Numbered from the stretch's first letter, positions 25,854-34,652 are shown. The stretch is 53,646 nt of DNA from an uncultured Croceicoccus sp. (GCA_964424995.1 CAYRLC010000002.1:1-53646), one strand, 5' to 3'. A program made the numbers and translations. The notes: a model not told the origin generated them from the sequence alone.

Positions 25854-27224
25854 TCAGCTTCGCAGGCCGAGATAGCGTTCGAGTTCGGCGTGGAAATGGC
25901 CGATGCGCTGTTCCTGTTCGGACAGGATGGCCCCGTCGTAGCATTCGCTTTCCATGCCCAGTTGCACATCGGCGAACAGCGACGCGTCCTGGTCGAACAG
26001 CTCGCCAAGCCCGCCTTCGCGCCAGTCGATGCGCTCGATCTCGGCGGGCTTGCGGCCGGTGATGTCCCATCCTTCGGGCAGACCCATATAGGCGGGCGCC
26101 TGGATCTGGCCGGTCGGCTGCGGATGCATCATCACGATCACGTCGAACACGAACTTGCGCGGGTCGGACTTGTGCGGCCGGAAATAGAGCATCGAGATGC
26201 CCTCCGGATGCATCCCCATCTGGATGTTGGGGAAGATGTCGTAGTTCCAGTCGTCGGTCAGCTGGTTGTCGGTAAAGGCGCTGTAATCGATGCCCAGCCG
26301 CGCGGCGCGCTCGCGCTTGGCTTTCTGGATCGCGGGACGCACTTCCTCCATCCGCCCGGCAAAGCTGTCGGGGTCGAGGCCGACTTCCTCCATCAGCCAG
26401 CGCAGGCCGGGGTTCAGCCCGTCATGCTCCATGCGCGGCGACTGGTGCGCGAACTTGGTGGTCATCCGGCTCATCCCGTTGGGGAAGAGGTCGATCTGCG
26501 CGTGGTAGTCGTTGAAGATCGGCAGGATCTGAGGGTGGATCGAATGGACGTGATAAGCCTCGTTGAAGCCGTCGACGCCGATCTTCCAGTTCGATTCCCA
26601 TACCGCCTGCACCCGGCGCATGATGCGCATGTCGGCGATTGCGTAGGGCTTCGCATGTTCGACCAGCGGGCCGAGATGCTCGTGCAGGGACGGTGCGCCC
26701 TTATCCATGTTGATGAAGACGAAGCCTTCCCACGTCTCGCAGCGCGCCTGCCTCAAGTCAGCGTTGCGGCAGAGCGCTTCGGGGCGGAAGGTCTCGCGGT
26801 CCTTGATCTCGATATTGTTGCCGGCAAGGTCGAAGCGCCAGTTGTGGAACCGGCAGGCGAACCCGGCGGGCCTTGCACCGTCCTCGTCGGTGACAAGGCG
26901 GTTACCGCGGTGCGGGCACACATTGTAAAAGGCGCGGATGCGCATATCGTCGCCGCGCGCGATGATGAAGCTTTCGCGGGCGATCTCGAACGTGACGTAG
27001 TCGCCGGGTTCGGGAATATCCTCTTCGCGGCAGGCCCAGTTCCAGACCCGGTTCCAGAGCTTCGTGCGCTCCAGCTCGGCCCATTCCTCGCTGAAATAAC
27101 GCTCGCGCGAGATCGGGCCGCAGCCGTTGTCGACGTTGTCGATCTTCGTGCCGTGGTCGTCCCGGGGCAGGTTGGGATCGATGACGCAATCGCGCCGGTA
27201 CTGGTCCAGTGTCAGTTCGCTCAT
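25854..27224 (-). CDS. Rieske oxygenase alpha subunit
   Basis: CPHRG...CRFHNW; NWKIGVDGFNEAYHVHSIHP; ELFDQD; start ATG 27224 after GAGAGG. Confidence 0.95.
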   Translation of the reverse strand: MSELTLDQYRRDCVIDPNLPRDDHGTKIDNVDNGCGPISRERYFSEEWAELERTKLWNRVWNWACREEDIPEPGDYVTFEIARESFIIARGDDMRIRAFYNVCPHRGNRLVTDEDGARPAGFACRFHNWRFDLAGNNIEIKDRETFRPEALCRNADLRQARCETWEGFVFINMDKGAPSLHEHLGPLVEHAKPYAIADMRIMRRVQAVWESNWKIGVDGFNEAYHVHSIHPQILPIFNDYHAQIDLFPNGMSRMTTKFAHQSPRMEHDGLNPGLRWLMEEVGLDPDSFAGRMEEVRPAIQKAKRERAARLGIDYSAFTDNQLTDDWNYDIFPNIQMGMHPEGISMLYFRPHKSDPRKFVFDVIVMMHPQPTGQIQAPAYMGLPEGWDITGRKPAEIERIDWREGGLGELFDQDASLFADVQLGMESECYDGAILSEQEQRIGHFHAELERYLGLRS

Positions 27225-27335
27225 GGCATCCTCTCGGCCAAAATATCCCGAGATTCTTGCCCGTCGGCCCCTCAGGCCGGCCCCTGTTGTCGTTATGGGC
27301 CGGGACACGGGCAATCATCGGTGTGCAGCGTATCG

Positions 27336-27370
27336 AAAACGAAACGCCCCGGCCGCTGCAGGCCGGGGCG
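27336..27370 (-). terminator. Intrinsic terminator after the TonB receptor
   Basis: Minus strand reads CGCCCCGGCC-TGCAGC-GGCCGGGGCG-TTTCGTTTT. Confidence 0.7.
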
Positions 27371-27391
27371 CTCGGCCGGGCTGGATAGCCC

Positions 27392-29920
27392 TTACATGTC
27401 CTTGCCGAAGCGGAAGCCGACCTCGACGCCGAAGTACCGCGGCGGGCCGTACTGCGCGTTCTGCCACAGGCCCGCGACGTTCTGCACCGCGACCTTGTAG
27501 CGCTTGTCGGTCAGGTTCTGGCCGACGAGACGGATGTAGTAGTCGTCGTCTGCCTGCGTCAGCGTGATCGAACCGTTCACCAGCGTGCGCGATTCGAGGT
27601 AGGTGTTGCCGTCCGGATCGGTGATTGCCTGCGTGTTGAGGTTGCGGCCGACGTGGGCGACGCTGCCGTTGACGCGGACCAGGTGATCGGCCGTGACCGG
27701 CACTTCGTAAGTTGTGTCGATCGTCCACTGCCACTTGGGTGCACGGTCGAGCGGGGCGGTCGACAGGTCGTAACCTGCATCGCCCTGTTCGTACCTGCCG
27801 TACTTGGCATCTTGGTATCCCAGCACGCCGCGCAGGGTCAGCCCTTCGAACGGAGTGGCCGAGGTCTCGATTTCCAGCCCCTTCACCGTGGCGCTCGCCG
27901 CGTTGACGAAACGGGTCGCCTGGTTGGGCTGGCCGTTGACGATGATCGGCACGTTGAGCTGCTTCTGCAGGTCCTTGTACTTCACATAGAACGCGGTGAG
28001 GTTGAAGCGCAGGCGGTTGTCGAGGAATTCGGACTTGAAGCCCGCTTCCCAGCTGTCCGCCTTCTCGGGCTCGGTCGCCTGCGCCGCCTCGCGGAAGGCG
28101 TCGAGGTCGTTGCCGAACGGGGCGAACGTGCCCGACTGGTCGTTGAAACCGCCGCCCTTGAAGCCGTGCGAATAGGTCGCGTAGGTGAACAGATCGTCGG
28201 TCGCCTGGTAGCTGATGCTGGCTCGGTAGGTCGGCTCGCGCCACTTGTCATCGATGCGGATGACGCCGGCGGGATAGTCGAACACGTTGGCGTCGAGCGG
28301 TTCCTTGATCATGTCGACGATCGAAGGATCGAAACCACCGTTCAGCGTGGCATAGAACGCCTGCTGGCGGCCCCACCACGTCTTGTCTTCCCACGTATAG
28401 CGACCGCCTGCGGTGATCGACAGCTTGTCGGTCGCCTTCAGCGTGCCTTCGAAGAACACTGCCTTCGATGTCGACTTCTGCGCGTTGCACAGCGTGTAGA
28501 TCGTATCGTTCCAGTTGCCGAAGGGCAGCGGGCCGCTGGTGATGTCGAGGAAGCCGAGCAGCTGCGGCACGCAGAAGTTCGCCTTGTCCCGCTGGTAGAA
28601 GCCGCCCGCCACGAAGTCGAACGGCCCACCGAGGTCCGACGCGAAGCGCAGTTCCTGCTGGTAGGTCTTGCGATCATCGTCGCGCGAGGCGTCGAAGAAC
28701 GACAGGTAAGTGCCGTCGGCGCTGACGGCCGTGGCACCGGCGTAGGAGTTGGGGATGCGCGAACGCTGCGAACGGTAACCCGACACCGAAGTCAGCGTGC
28801 CGATGTCCAGATCGTAGTCGATGTTGGCATAGACGCCGTCGACGTAGATCCGCTGCCCCTTGTCGAGGCCGAGCAGGCTGCGCCCGGTGTAGGCCGCGTT
28901 GTCGAGCGGATCGCTGCTGTTGGGATTGCGACCGGTGAGGTTGAGGATGTCGGTCAGGAACGGCACCGAGCCGGTGTATTCGTTGTTGACGTTGACCGAG
29001 GGGACGACGTCGGAATCGTCGCGGAACCATTCGTACTGGAACAGCGCCGAAAGCCGGTCCGTCGGCTGCAGCAACAGCTTGGCGCGGGCCGACCACACCG
29101 AAGTGCCGCCCAGCGTTTCGCCGCCAAGGCATCCCGACACGCCCGACCACGGCGAGACGATCGGATTGCCGTTCGGATCGTTCAAGGTCGGCACCGGGCC
29201 GTAGCAGGCACCGTTCTTGTAATAGCCGTCCGACGATTCGTAGCCGCCGACGAGGCGGATCGCGCCCCAGTCACCCAGCGGTACGTTGGCCGCGCCCTTC
29301 ATGCTGAAAGTACCGAAGTCACCATACTCGGCCTTGCCTTCGACGCCGATGTAGTTGAGCTCGGGCCGCTTGGTGCGCACCGTGACCGCGCCGCCGGTGG
29401 TGTTCTTGCCGAACAGCGTACCCTGCGGGCCGCGCAGCACTTCGACCTGTTCCACGTCGAAGGTGTCGAGCAGCTGGGTCTGGACTGACGGCATCACGAA
29501 GTCGTCCACCAGCACCGCGACCGGCGGTTCGTAGTAGATGATGATCGAGGTCTGGCCCACGCCACGCATCGCGAACGATGCGGCGTTGAAGTTGGCGATC
29601 GTCGCCGCAGAGAAGTTCGGCACGAAGGCGGCAAGATCGCCGATGTCGCGCGGGCTCGCCTGCTGGATCAGCTTGCTGTCGACGGCCGACACCGCGACCG
29701 GAGTGGTCTGCAGATCGGTGGCGCGGCGGGTGGCGGTGACGACGATTTCGCCCAGACCACTGGTGTTGCGGGCGTTGTCGCCCTGTCCTTCGTCCACAGG
29801 TCCGGCGGGGGCGGTATCGGGTCCGACGTCGGGCTTGTCCTGGGCGAGGGCGGGGCTGGACAGGCAGGCTGCGATCAACGCGGCCGCACAGGTCGAGCGG
29901 TACAAAGACTTGGTATTCAT
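27392..29920 (-). CDS. TonB-dependent receptor
   Basis: Signal peptide (ALAQ), TonB box EIVVTATRR, EVLRGPQGTLFGKNTTGG, YSHGFKGGG. Confidence 0.95.
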   Translation of the reverse strand: MNTKSLYRSTCAAALIAACLSSPALAQDKPDVGPDTAPAGPVDEGQGDNARNTSGLGEIVVTATRRATDLQTTPVAVSAVDSKLIQQASPRDIGDLAAFVPNFSAATIANFNAASFAMRGVGQTSIIIYYEPPVAVLVDDFVMPSVQTQLLDTFDVEQVEVLRGPQGTLFGKNTTGGAVTVRTKRPELNYIGVEGKAEYGDFGTFSMKGAANVPLGDWGAIRLVGGYESSDGYYKNGACYGPVPTLNDPNGNPIVSPWSGVSGCLGGETLGGTSVWSARAKLLLQPTDRLSALFQYEWFRDDSDVVPSVNVNNEYTGSVPFLTDILNLTGRNPNSSDPLDNAAYTGRSLLGLDKGQRIYVDGVYANIDYDLDIGTLTSVSGYRSQRSRIPNSYAGATAVSADGTYLSFFDASRDDDRKTYQQELRFASDLGGPFDFVAGGFYQRDKANFCVPQLLGFLDITSGPLPFGNWNDTIYTLCNAQKSTSKAVFFEGTLKATDKLSITAGGRYTWEDKTWWGRQQAFYATLNGGFDPSIVDMIKEPLDANVFDYPAGVIRIDDKWREPTYRASISYQATDDLFTYATYSHGFKGGGFNDQSGTFAPFGNDLDAFREAAQATEPEKADSWEAGFKSEFLDNRLRFNLTAFYVKYKDLQKQLNVPIIVNGQPNQATRFVNAASATVKGLEIETSATPFEGLTLRGVLGYQDAKYGRYEQGDAGYDLSTAPLDRAPKWQWTIDTTYEVPVTADHLVRVNGSVAHVGRNLNTQAITDPDGNTYLESRTLVNGSITLTQADDDYYIRLVGQNLTDKRYKVAVQNVAGLWQNAQYGPPRYFGVEVGFRFGKDM

Positions 29921-29990
29921 CCCCTGGCTCCTCTCCTCGTTCCCACCATCTTGCGGGTAACGGGATCAGAACAACGCACGCCGCCAAGTT

Positions 29991-30008
29991 ACAATCAACC
30001 ATGTTTGT
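29991..30008. promoter_or_regulatory. Putative TetR operator, copy 6 (ACAATCA-ACCA-TGTTTGT)
   Basis: Divergent region between the TonB receptor and the SnoaL operon. Confidence 0.75.
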
Positions 30009-30065
30009 TTTTTTCTGCACTTTCCCGGCAGGTGTTGTGCGAAAGCCTCAGCCCGTGCCGGAAAC

Positions 30066-30083
30066 ACGGTCAAACATGATTGT
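30066..30083. promoter_or_regulatory. Putative TetR operator, copy 7 (ACGGTCA-AACA-TGATTGT)
   Basis: Second site in the same divergent region, followed by a T tract. Confidence 0.72.
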
Positions 30084-30146
30084 TTTTTTATTCGCACGGC
30101 TTATCCTCCTCAGGCCGACGATTCCGGGAAAACCGGGACGCATGGA

Positions 30147-30782
30147 ATGGAGAAGAGGATGGCCAGCACAGCCGCACCCGCCGCCGACCTGACGGTCGAT
30201 GCCCGCGTCACCGACGCCGACATCGAGGATCTTGTTGCGCGCCGCGACATCTATGCCGTGCTTACCCGCTACAGCCGGGCGCTCGACCGATGCGATGTCG
30301 AACTCATGAAGTCGGTCTACTGGCCCGACGGCACCGACGCGCACGGCGTGTTCGACGGCAATGCCGCGGAATTCGCCGAATTCATCGTCCGCGAGATCCA
30401 GGAATGGTTCGAGGTGACGATGCACGGTCTGATGAACGTGCACATGGAGATCAAGGGCGACCGCGCCGCGACCGAGACCTATCTCTTCGCCTATCACAAG
30501 GTGCGCGAGGACAAGGCCGAGGAGATCTTCGGTTCGCGCTACGTGCAGCGCTTCGCCGGCAAGGGGCTGGACCCGAAGCACCACCACTTCTTCTTCGGCG
30601 GCCGCTACCTCGACCAGTTCGAGCGGCGCGGCGGCGAATGGCGCATCTTCCGCCGGCAGGTGGTGATGGACTGGAACGAGAATCGCCCGTCGAACGAGAT
30701 CATGGACGAGGGCATGTTCGCCACCCTGCGCCCGCTCGGCGAACGCGGTCCGGGCGACCTGGTCTGGAGCAACCGCCCGTGA
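30147..30782 (+). CDS. SnoaL/NTF2-like protein
   Basis: RYSRALDRCD...YWPDGTDAHG, GGRYLDQFERRGGEWRI. The start may be ATG 30159. Confidence 0.88.
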   Translation: MEKRMASTAAPAADLTVDARVTDADIEDLVARRDIYAVLTRYSRALDRCDVELMKSVYWPDGTDAHGVFDGNAAEFAEFIVREIQEWFEVTMHGLMNVHMEIKGDRAATETYLFAYHKVREDKAEEIFGSRYVQRFAGKGLDPKHHHFFFGGRYLDQFERRGGEWRIFRRQVVMDWNENRPSNEIMDEGMFATLRPLGERGPGDLVWSNRP

Positions 30783-31375
30783 ACGCCAGGGCGCGCCTGG
30801 GCGAGTTGGTGGCGGTGCGCGACTGCTACGATGTGCTCACCCGTTACTGCCGCGCGCTCGACCGGGCGGACCGGGCCATGATGGAGACGGTCTACTGGCC
30901 CGACGGAGAGGACATCCACGGAATATACGTGGGCCGAGCGAAGGAGTTCGTGCCCTTCATCATTTCCGAGATCGTGCAGTATTTCACGATGGGCACGCAT
31001 TGCCTGCTCAACGTCCATATCGATGTCGACGGCGATTTCGCAGCCAGCGAATCCACGCTCTATTCCGCCTGCCGCATCCGCCACGGCATGGCCGAGGCGA
31101 TGCTGGGTTCGACCTATTTCGGCCAGCTTGCCGGTTCGGGCCTCGACGCCGATCACGAGATGTTCGTGATGGCGGGCCGCTATCTCGACCGGCTGGAGCG
31201 CCGCGACGGCGAATGGCGCATCCTGCGCCGCCAGGTCGTCACCGACTGGAACGCCAGCCACCCGTCGAACCAGATCCTGGACGAAGGCATGCACCAAACC
31301 CTGCGCCCGATCGGCGAATGGGGGAAGGGCGACCCCGTCTATGCCAATTCCCGCTATGTCGAAGGAGCAAGTTGA
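30779..31375 (+). CDS. SnoaL/NTF2-like protein (paralogue of the upstream gene)
   Basis: GTG start overlapping the upstream stop (GTGA); RYCRALDRAD...YWPDGEDIHG, GRYLDRLERRDGEWRI. Confidence 0.88.
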   Translation: MNARARLGELVAVRDCYDVLTRYCRALDRADRAMMETVYWPDGEDIHGIYVGRAKEFVPFIISEIVQYFTMGTHCLLNVHIDVDGDFAASESTLYSACRIRHGMAEAMLGSTYFGQLAGSGLDADHEMFVMAGRYLDRLERRDGEWRILRRQVVTDWNASHPSNQILDEGMHQTLRPIGEWGKGDPVYANSRYVEGAS

Positions 31376-31930
31376 ATGAGCGACCTTGAAGCCCGCATCG
31401 CGCGGCTCGAAGCCGAATCGCAGATCCGCCAGCTGATCGCGCACTACAGCTTCGACATCGACGACCGGATCATCGAATCGGTCCGCGACCTGTTCACCGA
31501 AGACGGCGTGATCCGGTCGAAGGACGGCGTCATGCACGCGCAGGGCCCCGATGCGATCATCGAACAGTACCACGGCCGCTTCACCGTGCTCGGCCCCGGC
31601 CATCACTTCATGCACGACATCCAGATCGATTTCGTCGGCGACGGATCGCAGGAAGCCACCGGCCGCGTGTCGGGCCATGCCGAGCTGAAGCGCAAGGGCC
31701 AGATGATGGTCGCCGCGATCCGCTACGACGACAAGTATCGCAACACCGACCGCGGCTGGAAATTCGCCGAGCGCGTGATCCAGTTCCTCTACTATGTGCC
31801 CATTTCGGAATATCCGAACATCCTGCTCACCGCGAACCGCAACCACGCCTATGACACCCCCGCCCCGGCCGACTTCCCCGAGGCGCTGCCGAGCTGGATC
31901 GAGTACCACAAGGAACGCCAGCCGGCGTAA
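31376..31930 (+). CDS. SnoaL/NTF2-like protein
   Basis: LEARIARLEAESQIRQLIAHY...D, HHFMHD, RYDDKY...WKFAER. Confidence 0.88.
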   Translation: MSDLEARIARLEAESQIRQLIAHYSFDIDDRIIESVRDLFTEDGVIRSKDGVMHAQGPDAIIEQYHGRFTVLGPGHHFMHDIQIDFVGDGSQEATGRVSGHAELKRKGQMMVAAIRYDDKYRNTDRGWKFAERVIQFLYYVPISEYPNILLTANRNHAYDTPAPADFPEALPSWIEYHKERQPA

Positions 31931-31942
31931 GGAGCGAGATAC

Positions 31943-32248
31943 ATGGCCTATACTTTCCTGTCCCGCTTTCGCATCAAGGACGGCATGCAGGACACTTTCA
32001 TCGACCTTGCCAGGAAGATGGAGAAGCAGGCACCCGACGAGCCGGGCACGCTGCACTTCCAGTTCTTCCGGCTGGACGAGCCCGGCATGTTTGCGGTGCT
32101 GGAAAGCTTCGTCGACGAAGATGCGGACAAGGCGCACATGGCCTATCCGCAGAACAAGCCGCTGATCGACGGGATGATCGGCTGCATGGACGGGCATTAC
32201 GTGCGCGAGCTGCTCTACGACCTCGCGCCGCACGAGGAGCGTGCATGA
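31943..32248 (+). CDS. ABM-domain protein
   Basis: DEPGTLHFQFF...LESFVDEDADKAH; RBS AAGGAG. Confidence 0.85.
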   Translation: MAYTFLSRFRIKDGMQDTFIDLARKMEKQAPDEPGTLHFQFFRLDEPGMFAVLESFVDEDADKAHMAYPQNKPLIDGMIGCMDGHYVRELLYDLAPHEERA

Positions 32249-32547
32249 CCAACAAGAGCTTCATCGCGGTGCTGCGCACCCGGCCCGACAAGCGCGAGGA
32301 GATGATCGCGCTGCAGGCCGAACTGAAAGGGCTGGTCTTCCAGCACGAGCCGGACGTCTTCGTCTACGAGCTGTTCCAGTCCGACGACGATCCCGACCTG
32401 TTCCATGTCATCGCCACGTTCAAGGACGAGGCGGCGTTCGAGAAGCACATGCACATCGACTTCCACGACCGGCTGGTCCCGCCGATCATCGATTGCCTGG
32501 CCGAGGACATGAAGCTGACCTTCCACCGCTCGCACCCCGCGAGTTGA
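32245..32547 (+). CDS. ABM-domain protein
   Basis: HEPDVFVYELFQSDDDP...FKDEAAFEKHM; ATGA overlap with the upstream gene. Confidence 0.85.
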   Translation: MTNKSFIAVLRTRPDKREEMIALQAELKGLVFQHEPDVFVYELFQSDDDPDLFHVIATFKDEAAFEKHMHIDFHDRLVPPIIDCLAEDMKLTFHRSHPAS

Positions 32548-32581
32548 TCGCCTTCAGGGCGCTGGCCGGTCGATACGGCGA

Positions 32582-33214
32582 TCAGACCCATTCGCGTTCC
32601 CGATACCACTGGGTGATGACGTACTTGGTGCCCTTGCGCACCTTCATCCCGTGGTGGAGCGTGGAGGGGTTGCAGCGCCCGTCGGGCCGCCGGTTGTTCC
32701 AGCAGACGAGCCGGCCCGTTTCCGGCTGGAACATCTTGTCCGCCGCCTTGAAACGCGTCGCGCCGCCTGCCTCCGGTTCGTTGAGGTAGACCATGAAGGT
32801 CCAGGTCCGCTGCCCCGCGACGGCGCAGTACTTCTGGAAATCGGCTCCGATCGGATCGAAGTAGTCGGTGTGGGCCTTGAACTCCTGCCCCACGTCGTAA
32901 CGCTGGCCCTGCGCCGGTTCGGCATGGCGCGGATCGATGCCCGACACCTCGGTCATCATGTCGCGAAGGCGCTGCACCACCTCTTCGCCGGGGGGCAGAT
33001 CGCAGGTCTCGCTGGTGCGGAAGTAGCTGTCGCCATTGGCATCGGCGATGGTTGACGGACGGCGGTTCGCATCGATGAGCGCTATCAGTTCGGCGCACAT
33101 CCCGGCGGGTACGAAGTCGCGCAGGGTAAACAGCTCGAGCTTGGGAGAAGGGACGCGCTGGATGCCCGGACGTTCGCGAAGACGGGCGGAGACTGATTCG
33201 CCGAAAGTGTGCAT
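32582..33214 (-). CDS. 2OG-Fe(II) oxygenase, prolyl 4-hydroxylase-like
   Basis: RTS, QRYDVGQEFKAHTDYF (HxD), GQRTWTFMVYLN, GGAT, LHHG, KYVITQW. Confidence 0.9.
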   Translation of the reverse strand: MHTFGESVSARLRERPGIQRVPSPKLELFTLRDFVPAGMCAELIALIDANRRPSTIADANGDSYFRTSETCDLPPGEEVVQRLRDMMTEVSGIDPRHAEPAQGQRYDVGQEFKAHTDYFDPIGADFQKYCAVAGQRTWTFMVYLNEPEAGGATRFKAADKMFQPETGRLVCWNNRRPDGRCNPSTLHHGMKVRKGTKYVITQWYREREWV

Positions 33215-33446
33215 GGGCAGGGGGATAGGGGCAGCTTTCTCACAGGCCAAGAACCCGAACACGGGAGCGACGAAACGGCCCGCGAAATAAAATTACGCGG
33301 CGGCGGCGCCCGCTTCGTTTTTTGCTTCCCTTTGGGGGCCGCTTGTGCAACAGGCGCAGCCCGCCGCCGATAGCGCTTGACGCGCTTCGGCTGCAGTGAA
33401 AACAGGCCGTTCCCATCCGCGTTCGCGGGCGGACAAATGGCTTTGT

Positions 33447-33524
33447 GGCGACCGTAGCTCAGTTGGTTAGAGCGCCGGTTTGTGGTACCGGAGGTCGTGG
33501 GTTCGAACCCCATCGGTCGCCCCA
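33447..33524 (+). tRNA. tRNA-His (GUG)
   Basis: Cloverleaf G-GCGACCG-TA-GCTC..GAGC-G-CCGGT-TTGTGGT-ACCGG-AGGTC-GTGGG-TTCGAAC-CCCAT-CGGTCGC-C-CCA; encoded G-1, C73 and CCA. Confidence 0.97.
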
Positions 33525-33593
33525 GCTTTCACTGCCGGATCGCGGGCGAAATCCACGCCCGGCGACCCGACCGGAGAGGCGGCATACGCTCGC

Positions 33594-34652
33594 ATGTGGA
33601 ACAATCCCGCGTTCGACGATCACGAAAAGATCACCCTTGTCCATGATCGCAAGAGCGGGCTTCGCGCCATTATCGCGATCCACTCGACGCATCTGGGTCC
33701 CTCTGCCGGCGGCACCCGGTTCTGGCACTATGCCGACAGCGCCGCGGCCCTGACCGATGCGCTGCGCCTGTCGCAGGGGATGAGCTACAAGAACGCGCTG
33801 GCCGGCCTGCCCATGGGCGGCGGCAAGGCGGTGATCCTGGCCGATGCGGACCGCAAGAAGACCGAGGACATGATGCTCGCGTTCGGCGACGCGATCGAGA
33901 AGCTGGGCGGCGATTACGTCACCGCCGAGGACGTCGGCATCACCGAGGCGGACATGGACATCGTCCACCGCCGCACCCATCACGTGACCGGCCTGTCCGC
34001 CAAGAACGGCGAGCCGACCGTGGGCTCCGACCCCGGCCCGTTCACCTCCCACGGCATCTACCTTGGCGTGAAGCAGGCGGTGCGGCACAAGCTGGGCAAG
34101 GACAGCGTCGCTGGCGTGCACGTCGCGCTGCAGGGCACCGGCAGCGTCGGTTCGGGCCTTGCCCGCCACCTCGCGAAGGACGGCGCGATCCTGACGCTGG
34201 CCGACGTGGACGCCGCGCGCGCCGCGAAACTGGCCGACGAACTGGGCGCAAAGACGGTTCCGGCCGACCGGATCCTCACCACCCCCTGCGACGTGTTCAG
34301 CCCCAATGCGCTGGGTGCGATCCTCGATGCCGACAGCATCGCCGCGCTCGACTGCGCGGTGGTCGCGGGCGGCGCGAACAACCAGCTCGCCACGGCGGAC
34401 GACGGTGATCGCCTGCACGCACGCGGCATCCTCTGGGCGCCCGACTATGTTATCAATGCGGGCGGGATCATCTCCGTCGCAGTGGAATACCTGTCGCGTG
34501 ACGGCAGCGTGCCGGCCACCTTCGACGAGGTGAACGCCCGCATCGCGCAGATCCCGGGCCGCCTGCAATCGATCTGGCAGCAGTCGGAGGCCGACGGCCT
34601 TGCCGCCAACCGCGTCGCCGACGCGATGGCGCGCGCCGCGATCGGTCGTTGA
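33594..34652 (+). CDS. Glu/Leu/Phe/Val dehydrogenase (leucine dehydrogenase-like)
   Basis: GLRAIIAIHST, GGTR, MSYKNALAGLPMGGGK, TAEDVG, QGTGSVG, ANNQL, PDYVINAGG. Confidence 0.93.
   Translation: MWNNPAFDDHEKITLVHDRKSGLRAIIAIHSTHLGPSAGGTRFWHYADSAAALTDALRLSQGMSYKNALAGLPMGGGKAVILADADRKKTEDMMLAFGDAIEKLGGDYVTAEDVGITEADMDIVHRRTHHVTGLSAKNGEPTVGSDPGPFTSHGIYLGVKQAVRHKLGKDSVAGVHVALQGTGSVGSGLARHLAKDGAILTLADVDAARAAKLADELGAKTVPADRILTTPCDVFSPNALGAILDADSIAALDCAVVAGGANNQLATADDGDRLHARGILWAPDYVINAGGIISVAVEYLSRDGSVPATFDEVNARIAQIPGRLQSIWQQSEADGLAANRVADAMARAAIGR

Noticed and set aside
27311-27328. Possible eighth operator copy (GCAATCA-TCGG-TGTGCAG)
   Set aside because: Only one imperfect half-site and no A/T flanks.
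2164-30083. Repeated motif as CRISPR, REP or transposon end
   Set aside because: Copies are dispersed, degenerate and located upstream of genes, with no spacers, cas genes or transposase.
32547-33524. tRNA-His as integration site of the catabolic cluster
   Set aside because: The cluster is on the 5' side of the tRNA with another gene between, and I saw no integrase, duplicated tRNA end or obvious compositional break. The left boundary is outside the window.
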